Shown here: piece by piece, positions 30,801 to 39,295 of the stretch | Layout: every line of letters begins with the position of its first letter | Numbering within the stretch: the first letter of the stretch is position 1 | Translations under genes and position numbers: made by a program | Notes under the pieces: model-generated | Seen by the model: the letters and a program-made list of their open reading frames with translations, nothing else | The model's database searches: none | Told to the model about the DNA's origin: nothing | Assembly: GCA_023434535.1 (NCBI GenBank) | Contig: JAEYSR010000207.1 | Location: forward strand, 1,853 to 65,852 | Reading direction: 5' to 3' | DNA length: 64,000 nt | Source of the DNA: Actinomycetes bacterium | GTDB taxonomy: Bacteria > Actinomycetota > Acidimicrobiia > Acidimicrobiales > Microtrichaceae

Positions 30801-31337
30801 CCGCTCCGCACGCTCCTTGCGGCGCCGGAACTTCAGGACGCCGGCGGCCTCCTCGATGATGAGCCGTCGCTCCTCGGGCCGGGCGTTCAGGACGCCGTCG
30901 ATGTTGCCCTGGGAGATGATCACGTGCTGCTGGCGACCGACTCCGGAGTCCGACAGGAGCTCCTGGATGTCCAGCAGTCGGCAGGGCACGCCGTTGATCG
31001 CGTACTCGCTGTCGCCGGAGCGGAACAGGAGGCGTGTGATCGTGACCTCGGTGAACTCGATGGGCAGGAGTCCGGCCGAGTTGTCGATCGTCAGGGAGAC
31101 CTCGGCACGACCGAGCTGGGGCAGCTTGGAGGTGCCGGCGAAGATGACGTCGTCCATCTTCTGGGACCGCACCGCCGACGGCGCCTGGGCACCGAGCACC
31201 CAGCCGATGGCGTCGACCACGTTGGACTTGCCGGATCCGTTCGGACCGACCACGACGGTGACGCCCGGTTCGAGCGACAGCGTGGCGGCCTCGGCGAAGG
31301 ACTTGAAGCCCTTGATCTGGAGGGACTTGAGGAACAC
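27840..31337 (-). CDS. smc: Chromosome segregation protein SMC
   Basis: GFKSF, GPNGSGKSN, coiled coils, hinge, LSGGE, MDEVEAALD. Confidence 0.97.
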   Translation of the reverse strand: MFLKSLQIKGFKSFAEAATLSLEPGVTVVVGPNGSGKSNVVDAIGWVLGAQAPSAVRSQKMDDVIFAGTSKLPQLGRAEVSLTIDNSAGLLPIEFTEVTITRLLFRSGDSEYAINGVPCRLLDIQELLSDSGVGRQQHVIISQGNIDGVLNARPEERRLIIEEAAGVLKFRRRKERAERRLQATEANLTRINDLLREVRRQLRPLERQADAARRHGSLVAELTALRVHLAGRELLRLRSQLEESSRTQADLRGADQRFRAVLSDLDARILAAEAQLSALGGRDLGDVLVRYEKVAEKGRGQLALLAERRRNLDRELGASVDGAVIASLEAEHSQLSEEAAQIERDGVSVTDEVEALAELESDLAGRRAAFAEEWGEGVPAPSGEASAARGELAALRSAIDRTSADRERLALRQGSLRERVERLIAERDDTARTAEQADAEAPALDAAATAAAEARAATERQLAVAESTATDAETDASAWTARAEALSLALDEARQRAGAERLSGLDGVLGTLLDLVDVDPGWEEAFEAAAGEALGAVVVADVDAGRRALAALENGDHRGAVLALGATRSTTGPAALPGGGEPVRRHVRPAAGAGVSSTGIDAVLDALLIDAVVVEGDLDGAISASLTTPGAVVVTRRGDRFGAAGWRLRAAGSGATGAALDEARERAERAVAERDQARRGVETARGAVAEARDAEQRAVRGRDRAVDDRRALADKVQRLDSDAQEAAGELDALGAHLDELVERLSREQVRVAELAERLPALEAAEAELGEQARRMAEAREQLETRVAEVRARRTDLDVRVAALDERRRYVGARLAQVGERLERNQAEVAEAADRRILLEARVVATERLQAFVTDRLAVVEPTLASLREERRRQSEATREVTNLLDGLRSERTTAERELESTRAQLQKAEIADAESRMRLDTAVEALRHDLDTEPEAAMATECPLLPDGVSAPARVRELERELRLMGPINPLALQEFDELSTRHTFLESQLEDIRQTRRELSKVIKAVDEEIVNVFAAAYADVSQNFTLLFETLFPGGQGRLKLTDPDNLLETGIELEARPSGKNVRKLSLLSGGERSLTALAYLFAVFRSRPSPFYVMDEVEAALDDVNLHRFLDLIAEFRDAAQLIVVSHQKRTMEAADVLYGVTMEPAGSSKVVSERAATVLD

Positions 31338-31351
31338 AGCTCTCCCCGCCG

Positions 31352-32185
31352 TCAGACCTGGGTCTGCTCGCAGTAGTACGTGTAGCCGCTGCCGAACCGG
31401 GTCTTCACGATCGGCCCACGGGCCCGCGGGCTCATCTCACCGTCGCGCTTGTAGACGGAGAGGTACTCCGTGTACTCGCCGGGCTTGCCCGAGAGGTTGA
31501 CCCAGCCGTCGTCGCCCAGGGAGGTGCCGCCGTACTTCACCGCTTCGTGGACCGTCTCGACGACGGCGCGGTAGAGGCGGCGGATCTCCTGCGCCGACAG
31601 CGACGTCGTCTGGCGGTCGTAGCGGAGTCCCGAGTGGAACAGGACCTCGTCGGAGTACATCGGGCCGATCCCCACCAGGAACGTGGGGTCCATGAGCACC
31701 GACTTGAGCCGACCGTCGCGGCGCAGCAGCTGCTCGCCGAACGTGGTCCAGGAGATCGGTTCGTCGACCGCGTCGAGGCCGAGGGTCGTCAGCTCCGGAT
31801 GGACCTCCTCGAGCGCCTCGGTGGCGATGAGCTCGACGGTCGAGGCCTTCTTGGGGTCCACGAGTCGCAGCTGCCCGCCCTGGGTGAACGTGATGATGAG
31901 GCCGGTCCCGGTCTCGACGGGCTCCTTGGCCTGGACCTTGACCAGCTTGGCCTTGTCCCCGAGCGACAGGACCAGCAGGTGGGTGTCCTCCACGCCGAGG
32001 ACGATCAGGGTCCCCTTGCGGTCCGCGCTGGTCAGCTTGGCGCCGACGAGCGCAGTGGTGAACGCCTTCTTGGCGGGCGTCTTGAGGAAGCCCGTCCCCG
32101 GCACCTCCACGTCCTTGACCTTCTTGTCGACGACCTCTCGTTCCAGGTCTCGTCGCAGCAGCTCCAGCTCCGGCAACTCAGGCAT
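31352..32185 (-). CDS. mutM: Fpg/Nei-family DNA glycosylase (divergent MutM)
   Basis: N-terminal MPELPE, H2TH region LMDPTFLVGIGPMYSDEVLF, GGTS; rnc-mutM-smc synteny; Zn finger degenerate. Confidence 0.85.
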   Translation of the reverse strand: MPELPELELLRRDLEREVVDKKVKDVEVPGTGFLKTPAKKAFTTALVGAKLTSADRKGTLIVLGVEDTHLLVLSLGDKAKLVKVQAKEPVETGTGLIITFTQGGQLRLVDPKKASTVELIATEALEEVHPELTTLGLDAVDEPISWTTFGEQLLRRDGRLKSVLMDPTFLVGIGPMYSDEVLFHSGLRYDRQTTSLSAQEIRRLYRAVVETVHEAVKYGGTSLGDDGWVNLSGKPGEYTEYLSVYKRDGEMSPRARGPIVKTRFGSGYTYYCEQTQV

Positions 32186-32969
32186 CGGATCTCCCCTCCC
32201 CACGATCGACGTGGTGCCCGGCGTCATCGGGCTCCGCCGCACCAGGTGGCGCGGACAGGTGTTCGGTGGCCTCGCGGGCGGCTGCCTGCTCGGCCTCCTT
32301 CTTGGTGCGGCCCTCGCCGCTCCCCCAGCGCTCGCCCCGGAGGCGCACGACGGCGCGGAACACCTTCTCGTGCTCGGGGCCCTCTTCGCTCAGCTCGTAG
32401 CGGGGCAGCTCGCCGAACCGGTGCGCCGCCACCTCCTGCAGCCGGGACTTGTGGTCGCTCGCCACGTCGCCCGACACGACGCCGTCGATCCGCTCGTCCA
32501 GCAACCCGAGCACCACGGACCGGGCGGCGTCGATGCCGCCGTCCAGGTACACCGCTCCGATGACGCCCTCCATGGCGTCGGCCAGGATCGAGGTCTTGGA
32601 CCGGCCTCCGGTGGCCTCCTCGCCCTTGCCCAGCAGGAGCACGTCGCCGAGCCCGACCGAGCGGGCAACGCCGGCGAGGGCGGTCGCGGACACCAGCTCG
32701 GAGCGTCGACGGGCGAGCACGCCCTCGCTGGATCCCGGCGAGCCGCGGTACAGGTGGTCGGTGACGACGACGCCGAGCACGGAGTCGCCGAGGAACTCGA
32801 GGCGCTCGTTCGACTCGACCCCGCCGTGCTCGGAGCACCACGAGCGGTGGCGCAGCGCGAGGTCGAGCAGTGCGGCGTCGACGAAGCGGTAGCCGATCCG
32901 GCGGCAGAGCTCGTCGCGGAGCAGTCCGAGGGCGCTTCCCGCACCTCCTGCACCGACGGCGTCGTCCAT
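32178..32969 (-). CDS. rnc: Ribonuclease III
   Basis: ALRHRS, NERLEFLGDSVL, LGKGE, ADAMEGVIGAVYLD, dsRBD (GPEHEKVF...GRTKKEAEQAAA); start uncertain. Confidence 0.96.
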   Translation of the reverse strand: MDDAVGAGGAGSALGLLRDELCRRIGYRFVDAALLDLALRHRSWCSEHGGVESNERLEFLGDSVLGVVVTDHLYRGSPGSSEGVLARRRSELVSATALAGVARSVGLGDVLLLGKGEEATGGRSKTSILADAMEGVIGAVYLDGGIDAARSVVLGLLDERIDGVVSGDVASDHKSRLQEVAAHRFGELPRYELSEEGPEHEKVFRAVVRLRGERWGSGEGRTKKEAEQAAAREATEHLSAPPGAAEPDDAGHHVDRGEGRSDA

Positions 32970-33042
32970 CCCGGCGACGTCCTTCACAGCGGTCGCCGCA
33001 CGCGACGACGCGCCGAGGTCCGTCGCGGTCGCAGCGGAGGCC

Positions 33043-33330
33043 TCAGAGTCGGGCGACGACGTAGTCGACGGCATCGCGGACGGTCTTCAGGTCTTCGAGA
33101 TCCTCGTCCTCGATGCGGAAGCCGACGCTGCGCTCTCCCAGCTCCGCCTCCAGCCCCTCGACCAGCTCGATCAGTGCGAGCGAGCTCGCGTGGAGGTCCT
33201 CCGCGAAGGAGTCGCCCTCGTCGATGGTCGACGGGTCGATCTCGAGGATCTCGGCCAACAGGTCCTTGACCAGCTGGAGGACCTCGGGGCGCTCGATGGG
33301 ACCCTGTTGGACGTGCGTCTCAGCGGGCAC
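33043..33330 (-). CDS. acpP: Acyl carrier protein
   Basis: Acidic ~95-aa protein, SFAEDLHASSLALIELV...TVRDAVDYV; GAGGAG upstream; between rpmF and rnc. Confidence 0.85.
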   Translation of the reverse strand: MPAETHVQQGPIERPEVLQLVKDLLAEILEIDPSTIDEGDSFAEDLHASSLALIELVEGLEAELGERSVGFRIEDEDLEDLKTVRDAVDYVVARL

Positions 33331-33524
33331 GGTGGCTGCTGCTCTCCTCGGTCGGACCCGGGACGACCCGGGTGGTGTGGCCGGTCACTGTAACCGTTCT
33401 CAGCTTGGGGCGACGGGCATCCCGAGTCGCCTGAGGCGTCGATCCGAACGTGGTTCGGGCGCGTCGCGACGGGCGAGGACGCGCCGGGTGGCGCGGGATC
33501 ACGACGCTGCAGCGAGGTCGGTGC

Positions 33525-33704
33525 TCAGTCGACGTCGATGGCCTGGCGGCCGCCGTACCAACCGCAGTTGCCGCACACCACGTGGGGCTGCTTCACGGCG
33601 TTGCACCGGGGGCAGACGCTGCGGGACGGAACCTTGACCGTCCAGTTGGACGCCCTCCGGCTACGGGTCTTGGCCTTGGATGTCTTCTTCTTGGGAACTG
33701 CCAT
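33525..33704 (-). CDS. rpmF: 50S ribosomal protein L32 (Zn-ribbon form); absent from ORF track
   Basis: Manual translation MAVPKKKTSKAKTRSRRASNWTVKVPSRSVCPRCNAVKQPHVVCGNCGWYGGRQAIDVD*. Confidence 0.97.
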   Translation of the reverse strand: MAVPKKKTSKAKTRSRRASNWTVKVPSRSVCPRCNAVKQPHVVCGNCGWYGGRQAIDVD

Positions 33705-33804
33705 CGTTCGTCTCTTCGCGCGTCGAGTTCAGTGGATTCGTCGTGGCGACTGGCCGGGGGCTCCGGAACCGTGAGGTCACGCGGCCCGTCCGGCGGGCGA
33801 CGGA

Positions 33805-34338
33805 TCACTCTAGCGGATCGTCGGGGGCCGGGTCGAAGCGCAGCTCGTCGAGTGCGGGCCAGCGAGGGTCGGCCGGCGGCGCCTCGTCGGACCCGGTGAC
33901 CACCGGGAAGTGCTCGGGGTCGGGTCCGGCGCAGTCCTCGCGGCACAGCGGCGCCAGCGGGAGCGCCAGGACGGCGGCGTCGTGCACCAGCGGTCCCAGG
34001 TCCACGACGTCGCCGTCGAGCGGCAGCAGGTCCTCGTCGACCGGCGAATCGGAGAACACCTCGCGGAGCTCGGCCACGGCCGTGCCGGTCGTGTCCTCCA
34101 GGCAGCGGCGACAGGGCCCCTCCCACGGGACGCTCAGGGTGCCGCTGACGGTGATGCCGTCGCTCAGCGATTCGAGCACGACGTCGAGGTGGCCGGGCCG
34201 GCCGGGAGGCACCGCAGCGGTGCTGACCGAGATGCCGTCGAGGTCGATGTCCCGGTCGACCTCCAGGCGGTCGCCGGGATGGCGACGCAGGTCGGCCACG
34301 CCGATGCGCAGCCGCGGGTCGGACGTGCCGACGCTCAT
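33805..34338 (-). CDS. yceD: YceD/DUF177 family protein
   Basis: CRRCL, DLGPLVHDAAVLALPLAPLCREDCAG, DPRWPAL; directly upstream of rpmF. Confidence 0.92.
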   Translation of the reverse strand: MSVGTSDPRLRIGVADLRRHPGDRLEVDRDIDLDGISVSTAAVPPGRPGHLDVVLESLSDGITVSGTLSVPWEGPCRRCLEDTTGTAVAELREVFSDSPVDEDLLPLDGDVVDLGPLVHDAAVLALPLAPLCREDCAGPDPEHFPVVTGSDEAPPADPRWPALDELRFDPAPDDPLE

Positions 34339-34372
34339 CGCGGCCCGGCCTCCGCCGGTCGAGCCGCCACCG

Positions 34373-34996
34373 TCAGGACTCCTGGTCGAACACCGCCGGG
34401 TCCTGACCCGTCGGCTGACCCTCGAGCTCCGCCAGCTCCGTCTCCTCGATCCGCGGCGACGACAGCTTGTCGCGCCCGGCCGCGACCGACTTGGCGATGC
34501 GCGCCAGCACGTTCTCGAAGCTGGCGAGCTTCTGGTCGCAGTAGTCCTCGGTCTCGCGCCGCATCCGCCGCGACACCGCCTCGGCGTCCTCGACGATCTG
34601 GCGGGCCCGGTGCTCGGCGGCCTTGACCACCTCGGTGCGCTGGACCATCTGGGCGACACGGCTGCGGGCGTCCTCGATCAGGTCCTCGCCCTCCCGACGG
34701 GTCCGGGCCAGGAAGTCCTCGCGCTCCTTCAGGAGCCAGCGGGCCGAGCGCAGCTCGTCGGGCAGCCGCGACACCGCGTCGTCGAGGAGCTCGAGGAGCT
34801 CCTCGCGGTTGACGCGGACCGACGCCGACATCGGCATCCCGGGAGCGGCGTCGATGATGGAGATGACCCGTTCGAGGATCTCCTGCGCCTCGGGCATGCG
34901 GTACTGGTCGCTGCCCGATGCGGTGCGTCGGGACTGCGCGGGCCTGCGGGGCTCGGGCGGAGCGGCGCGACCGGACTCGTCGGCCGGGTTGCTCAT
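34373..34996 (-). CDS. Coiled-coil DivIVA-like protein (SepIVA/Rv2927c-like)
   Basis: APGMPMSASVRVNREELLELLD...LPDELRSARWLLKERE...EDYCDQKLASFE; coaD-X-yceD synteny. Confidence 0.8.
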   Translation of the reverse strand: MSNPADESGRAAPPEPRRPAQSRRTASGSDQYRMPEAQEILERVISIIDAAPGMPMSASVRVNREELLELLDDAVSRLPDELRSARWLLKEREDFLARTRREGEDLIEDARSRVAQMVQRTEVVKAAEHRARQIVEDAEAVSRRMRRETEDYCDQKLASFENVLARIAKSVAAGRDKLSSPRIEETELAELEGQPTGQDPAVFDQES

Positions 34997-35478
34997 CGGG
35001 TTCCTCCGAAGCGTTCGTTCAGCCGGGCCGAGACCGGGCCGGGGACCATCGTGTCCACGTTCCCCCCGAAGCGGGCGACCTCTCGGATGAGCTTGGACGC
35101 CAGGAACGAGTTCTTGGACGCCGACGGGATGAACAGGGTGTCCACTCCCGACAGCGACCGGTTCATCTGGGCCATCTGCAGCTCGGACTCGAAGTCCGAC
35201 ACGGCCCGCAGCCCCTTGACGATGAACGACGCGCCGACGTCCCGGGCCAGATCCACGACCAGCGAGGAGAACATGGTGACCTCCACGTTGGGGAGGTGCG
35301 CCAGCGACTCCTCGATGAGCACCTGTCGCTCGTCGAGGGAGAAGAGCGGCTCGCCCTTCTGCGGGTTGCGCATGGCCGCGACCACGACCCGGTCGAAGAG
35401 CCGGGCCGCCGTCTCCACGATCTCCACGTGGCCGTTGTGGATCGGGTCGAACGACCCCGGGTACAGGACGGTGGTCAC
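34993..35478 (-). CDS. coaD: Phosphopantetheine adenylyltransferase
   Basis: YPGSFDPIHNGH, KGLRAVSDFESE, QMAQMN. Confidence 0.97.
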   Translation of the reverse strand: MTTVLYPGSFDPIHNGHVEIVETAARLFDRVVVAAMRNPQKGEPLFSLDERQVLIEESLAHLPNVEVTMFSSLVVDLARDVGASFIVKGLRAVSDFESELQMAQMNRSLSGVDTLFIPSASKNSFLASKLIREVARFGGNVDTMVPGPVSARLNERFGGTR

Positions 35479-36104
35479 GAACCTGCTCCGCGGTCGAGCG
35501 GATCGGTCACGTGGAGGGTGGGAGGGGACCCCGTGAAGGTCAGCATCGTGACCACCGTACCGCCGTACCGGCGTTCCCTGAGGACGCTCCCGCCGTGCAG
35601 GTCGAGGACGTCCGCGAGCTCGCCGTCGTCACCTCCGAGGGAGCGGTCGGACTCGGCGACGACGACGGCATCCTCCGCCAGCAGAGGGACCAGACCGACC
35701 ACCAGCTCGCTCCACCGGTCGAAGGCGTACGGCGGATCCGCGAGCACGAGGTCGAGAGGTCGGGCGAACGCCCGGCCGGCGCCGCCGACCGAGTCGAGCA
35801 CGTCCCGACGCAGGACGGTGGCCCGGTCGCCGAGCCCCGTCGCGTCGAGGTTGGTCTCGACCGCGTCGATCGAGGCCCTCGCGCTGTCGACGAACGTGAC
35901 GTGCTCGGCGCCCCGGCTCAGCGCCTCGACCCCCAGGGCACCGGATCCGGCGAAGAGGTCGGCCGCGATCGCGTCGTGCAGGACGCCCAGCGAGCCGAGG
36001 GCGTTGAACACCGACTCCCTGACCCGGTCGAGCGTGGGGCGGACGTCGTTGCCGGGCGGTGCGACCAGGCGACGACCGCGTGCGGAACCTGCGACGACCC
36101 TCAC
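35475..36104 (-). CDS. rsmD: 16S rRNA m2G966 methyltransferase
   Basis: RVVAGSARGRRL, RPTLDRVRESVFN, DLFAGSGALGVEALSRGA, DPPY. Confidence 0.95.
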   Translation of the reverse strand: MRVVAGSARGRRLVAPPGNDVRPTLDRVRESVFNALGSLGVLHDAIAADLFAGSGALGVEALSRGAEHVTFVDSARASIDAVETNLDATGLGDRATVLRRDVLDSVGGAGRAFARPLDLVLADPPYAFDRWSELVVGLVPLLAEDAVVVAESDRSLGGDDGELADVLDLHGGSVLRERRYGGTVVTMLTFTGSPPTLHVTDPLDRGAGS

Positions 36105-36152
36105 GTGCTCAGTGGAGCACGCTTTCAGCCGACGAGCGCGGACGGCGGTCCT

Positions 36153-36932
36153 TCAGTCCTGAAGCGCGGACGGCGGCAGGGTCGGCAGCGACGACTCGGG
36201 CGTCACCGTGACGACGAACGCCATGCCGTCCTGCGCGATCGGCGTGTCCTGGGGGTCGACCTCCACGGCCCGCACGTCCTGGCCGGTCGCCACCGCGTCG
36301 GCCGAGTACACCCACAGCTGCACCTTCGTCGCGACGTCGCCGCACGTGAAATCCTCGCCGAAGGTGGCCCCGGCGATCCCCAGCGATGCGGTGGCCACCT
36401 GGATCTGCGCCGGCTCGGTCGTGGCGGGGAACGTCACGCTCCCGGCGGAGAGATCGACGCCGATCAGGTCCAGGAGCTCGCCGATGGTGGCGTCCTCCCC
36501 CGCCGTCGCGAGGTCGGGTGGCGCCACCGTGAACCGGCCGGAGCCGTCGGTGGAGACCCCGGTCGTCGCCGACGAGGCGGCGGCAGGCGGGTCGAGGAAG
36601 CGGCCGCAGACGTTCAGTCCGAGGCTGCCCGTGAACGTCTGGCCGACCGAGGGGCCCGGGCCGAGGTCGCCGACCTCGGACGGCGTGACCACCTTCGGTG
36701 CCATGCCGTGGGAGCCGTACGCCGTCGAGCCGTCCGACGAGGCGGCCCCGTCACCGTGACCCGAGGCGTGCGGGTCGGAGGCGGAGGTGACGGAGGAGTC
36801 GGCCGCCGACGAGTCGTCGGACCCGCACGAACCGGCCACCAGGGCGAGGGTGGCGACGGTGGCGACCACCACCAGGAGCGGCGCCAGGATCCGGGGACCC
36901 ACGGCGCGACGGGACATCGACGGGGAGCTCAC
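36153..36932 (-). CDS. Hypothetical lipoprotein
   Basis: Basic N-terminus, hydrophobic helix and lipobox-like VAGSC; Ser-rich linker; two further Cys. Confidence 0.75.
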   Translation of the reverse strand: MSSPSMSRRAVGPRILAPLLVVVATVATLALVAGSCGSDDSSAADSSVTSASDPHASGHGDGAASSDGSTAYGSHGMAPKVVTPSEVGDLGPGPSVGQTFTGSLGLNVCGRFLDPPAAASSATTGVSTDGSGRFTVAPPDLATAGEDATIGELLDLIGVDLSAGSVTFPATTEPAQIQVATASLGIAGATFGEDFTCGDVATKVQLWVYSADAVATGQDVRAVEVDPQDTPIAQDGMAFVVTVTPESSLPTLPPSALQD

Positions 36933-36998
36933 GGGAGGATCTTGGAGTGGGCGGCCGACCGGCGACTGGGTCGGAGGTCCCGAACCGGAGCGGAGACG

Positions 36999-39188
36999 TC
37001 AGGACTTGAGGAGGAACTCCTCGTCCTCCGGAGCGAGCAGCACGTCGAGCTCCTCGACCAGCCGGGGATGGTCGTCCAGACCGGAACCGTCGCCGACGAG
37101 CGCCAGCGCCTCCTCGCGGGCCACCTCGACCCAGTGGCGGTCGTGGCGCAACGAGGCGAGCTTCAGGTCGCTCATGCCCCGTTGGCGCTCGCCGAGGACG
37201 GTGCCCTCACCGCGGAGGTCGAGGTCCACCTCGGCCAGCTCGAAACCGTCGGTGGTCCGCACCATGGCCTCGAGCCGCGCCTCGCCGTCGGGAGTCAGCT
37301 CGCCGTGGGCCACGAGCACGCACCAGCTGGGCCGGTCGCTGCGCCCCACGCGACCGCGCAGCTGGTGCAGCTGCGCGATGCCGAAGCGGTCGGCGTCGAG
37401 CACGACCATGACCGTGGCCTCGCCCACGTCGACACCGACCTCGATGACCGTGGTCGCGACCAGGACGTCGAGCGCCCCGGAGCGGAACTGCTCCATGATC
37501 TCGGCCTTCTCGGCCGCCTTCATGCGGCCGTGCAGGAGACCCAGTCGGAGGCCGGACAGCTCGCCCAGCGCCAGCCGCTCGTAGGTCTCCTCCGCGGAGG
37601 ACGCCTCCAGCTTGGGCGAGTCCTCGATGAGCGGGCGCACGACGTAGGCGCGGTTGCCCTCGGCGACCTGGTCACGGACCAGCTGCCACGCCTCGGCCTC
37701 CTGCTCCTGGCTGTGGGCCCACGAGGTGGTGATCGGGATGCGTCCGGGCGGGAGCTCGTCGAGGACGGTCGTGTCCAGGTCGCCGTAGACGGTCATCGCC
37801 GCGGTCCGGGGGATGGGCGTGGCGGTCATCACGAGGACGTCGGGCACGGTGCCGTCGGCGTTGGCGTCGCGGAGAGCGGCTCGCTGCTCCACGCCGAAGC
37901 GATGCTGCTCGTCGATCACCACGACGCCGAGCGACCGGAACTGCACGGCGTCCTGGATGAGCGCGTGGGTGCCGATCACGATGTCGACCGTGCCGTCGGC
38001 GAGGCCGGCCAGGATCCGACGACGCTCGGCCGCCGGCGTCCGGTTGGTGAGCAGCGCGATCCCCAACGGTCGCTCCCCCAGCAGGCTGCCGCCGTCGTCG
38101 GACAGCGTGACGCCGTCGAGCTGGTCCCGCACGCCGACCGCGTGCTGCTCGGCCAGCACCTCTGTCGGCGCCATGAGCGCTCCCTGGTGGCCGCCCTGGA
38201 CCGCGGTCAGGAGAGCGGACATGGCCACCACCGTCTTGCCGGAGCCGACGTCGCCCTGCAGCAACCGGTGCATGGGCACCGGGCCGGCCAGATCCGCGCG
38301 GATCGTCGCGACGGCTCGGGCCTGCGCCGCGGTCAGGTCGTACGGGAGGCCGCCGAGGTAGCGGGCGACCAGCCCCGGAGCGACGGCCCCGTCGTCGTCG
38401 ACCGCGTGGCGGATGCCGACCGACGACGCCTCGATCTCCCGCTTGCGACGCACGAGCGCGAGCTGCAGGCGGAACAGCTCGTCGAACACGAGTCGACGAC
38501 GGGCCACCACCTCCTCGGCCATGGACGACGGCGCGTGGACGCCGGTGAAGGCCTGCTGGCGACCCATCAGGTCGTGGCGGTCGAGGATCGAGTCCGGCAC
38601 CGGGTCGTCGATGCCGCGGTCGCGACTGCGGCGAAGGACCTGGGCCGCCCACTCCCCCAGCTCCCACGTGCTGAGGCGCGCCTTCTCCGACTGGGGGTAG
38701 ATCGGCACGATGCGCCCGGTGCGGCCGCCGGCGGCGTCGCCGATCACGTCGACGATCGGGTTGGTCATCTGGCGCTGACCGCGGAACACCTCGATGCGGC
38801 CGAACATGGCCACCTCGAGGCCCGCGTCGTCGGGGCCGAGCTTCTTGAGCTGCTTCTCCCGCCACGGCTGGTTGAAGAAGGTGCAGCGCAACGAGCCGCT
38901 CCCGTCGCGGACCTCTGCCACCACGAACACCCGTCCGCCCCGGACGCGACGGGCCGACACGGTCGCCACCCGACCGAGCACCAGCGCCTCCTCGCCCTCG
39001 GCGAGGTCCTGGATGCGGGCCTCCCTGGTCCGGTCCACGTAGCGGCGTGGGTAGTAGGTCAGGAGGTCGAGCAGGGTGTCGATGCCGAGGGTGCGCAGCC
39101 CGTCGAGCTTCTTGGGCCCGACGCCGGACAGCATCTCGACGCCCATCCCGGCGAGGTCGACGAGGGTGATCGGAGGGCGCTCGCTCAC
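36999..39188 (-). CDS. recG: ATP-dependent DNA helicase RecG
   Basis: RLLQGDVGSGKT, APTEVLAEQH, DEQHRFG, TATPIPRT, QLHQLRGRVGR. Confidence 0.98.
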   Translation of the reverse strand: MSERPPITLVDLAGMGVEMLSGVGPKKLDGLRTLGIDTLLDLLTYYPRRYVDRTREARIQDLAEGEEALVLGRVATVSARRVRGGRVFVVAEVRDGSGSLRCTFFNQPWREKQLKKLGPDDAGLEVAMFGRIEVFRGQRQMTNPIVDVIGDAAGGRTGRIVPIYPQSEKARLSTWELGEWAAQVLRRSRDRGIDDPVPDSILDRHDLMGRQQAFTGVHAPSSMAEEVVARRRLVFDELFRLQLALVRRKREIEASSVGIRHAVDDDGAVAPGLVARYLGGLPYDLTAAQARAVATIRADLAGPVPMHRLLQGDVGSGKTVVAMSALLTAVQGGHQGALMAPTEVLAEQHAVGVRDQLDGVTLSDDGGSLLGERPLGIALLTNRTPAAERRRILAGLADGTVDIVIGTHALIQDAVQFRSLGVVVIDEQHRFGVEQRAALRDANADGTVPDVLVMTATPIPRTAAMTVYGDLDTTVLDELPPGRIPITTSWAHSQEQEAEAWQLVRDQVAEGNRAYVVRPLIEDSPKLEASSAEETYERLALGELSGLRLGLLHGRMKAAEKAEIMEQFRSGALDVLVATTVIEVGVDVGEATVMVVLDADRFGIAQLHQLRGRVGRSDRPSWCVLVAHGELTPDGEARLEAMVRTTDGFELAEVDLDLRGEGTVLGERQRGMSDLKLASLRHDRHWVEVAREEALALVGDGSGLDDHPRLVEELDVLLAPEDEEFLLKS

Positions 39189-39244
39189 GATCGACAGTTC
39201 ACCACGCGGCCATGACGGGTGCGGGCAGTGCGTTCGTGCACCCG

Positions 39245-39292
39245 CTCTGTTCGTCGAAACCGACGGAGAACCGTCGGTTCACGGGAACAGAG
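39245..39292. repeat. 48-bp imperfect palindrome, REP-like family copy C
   Basis: CTCTGTTC-GTCGA-AACCGACGG-AGAA-CCGTCGGTT-CACGG-GAACAGAG; 3 bp past the stop of the DAK2-like gene. Confidence 0.9.
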
Positions 39293-39295
39293 CGG

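Noticed and set aside
27729..31376. 1215-aa + strand ORF
   Set aside because: Antisense shadow of smc; stop-free frames are expected opposite genes with GC-rich codons, and it has no recognisable motifs
35511..39215. 1234-aa + strand ORF
   Set aside because: Antisense shadow of recG, the lipoprotein gene and rsmD
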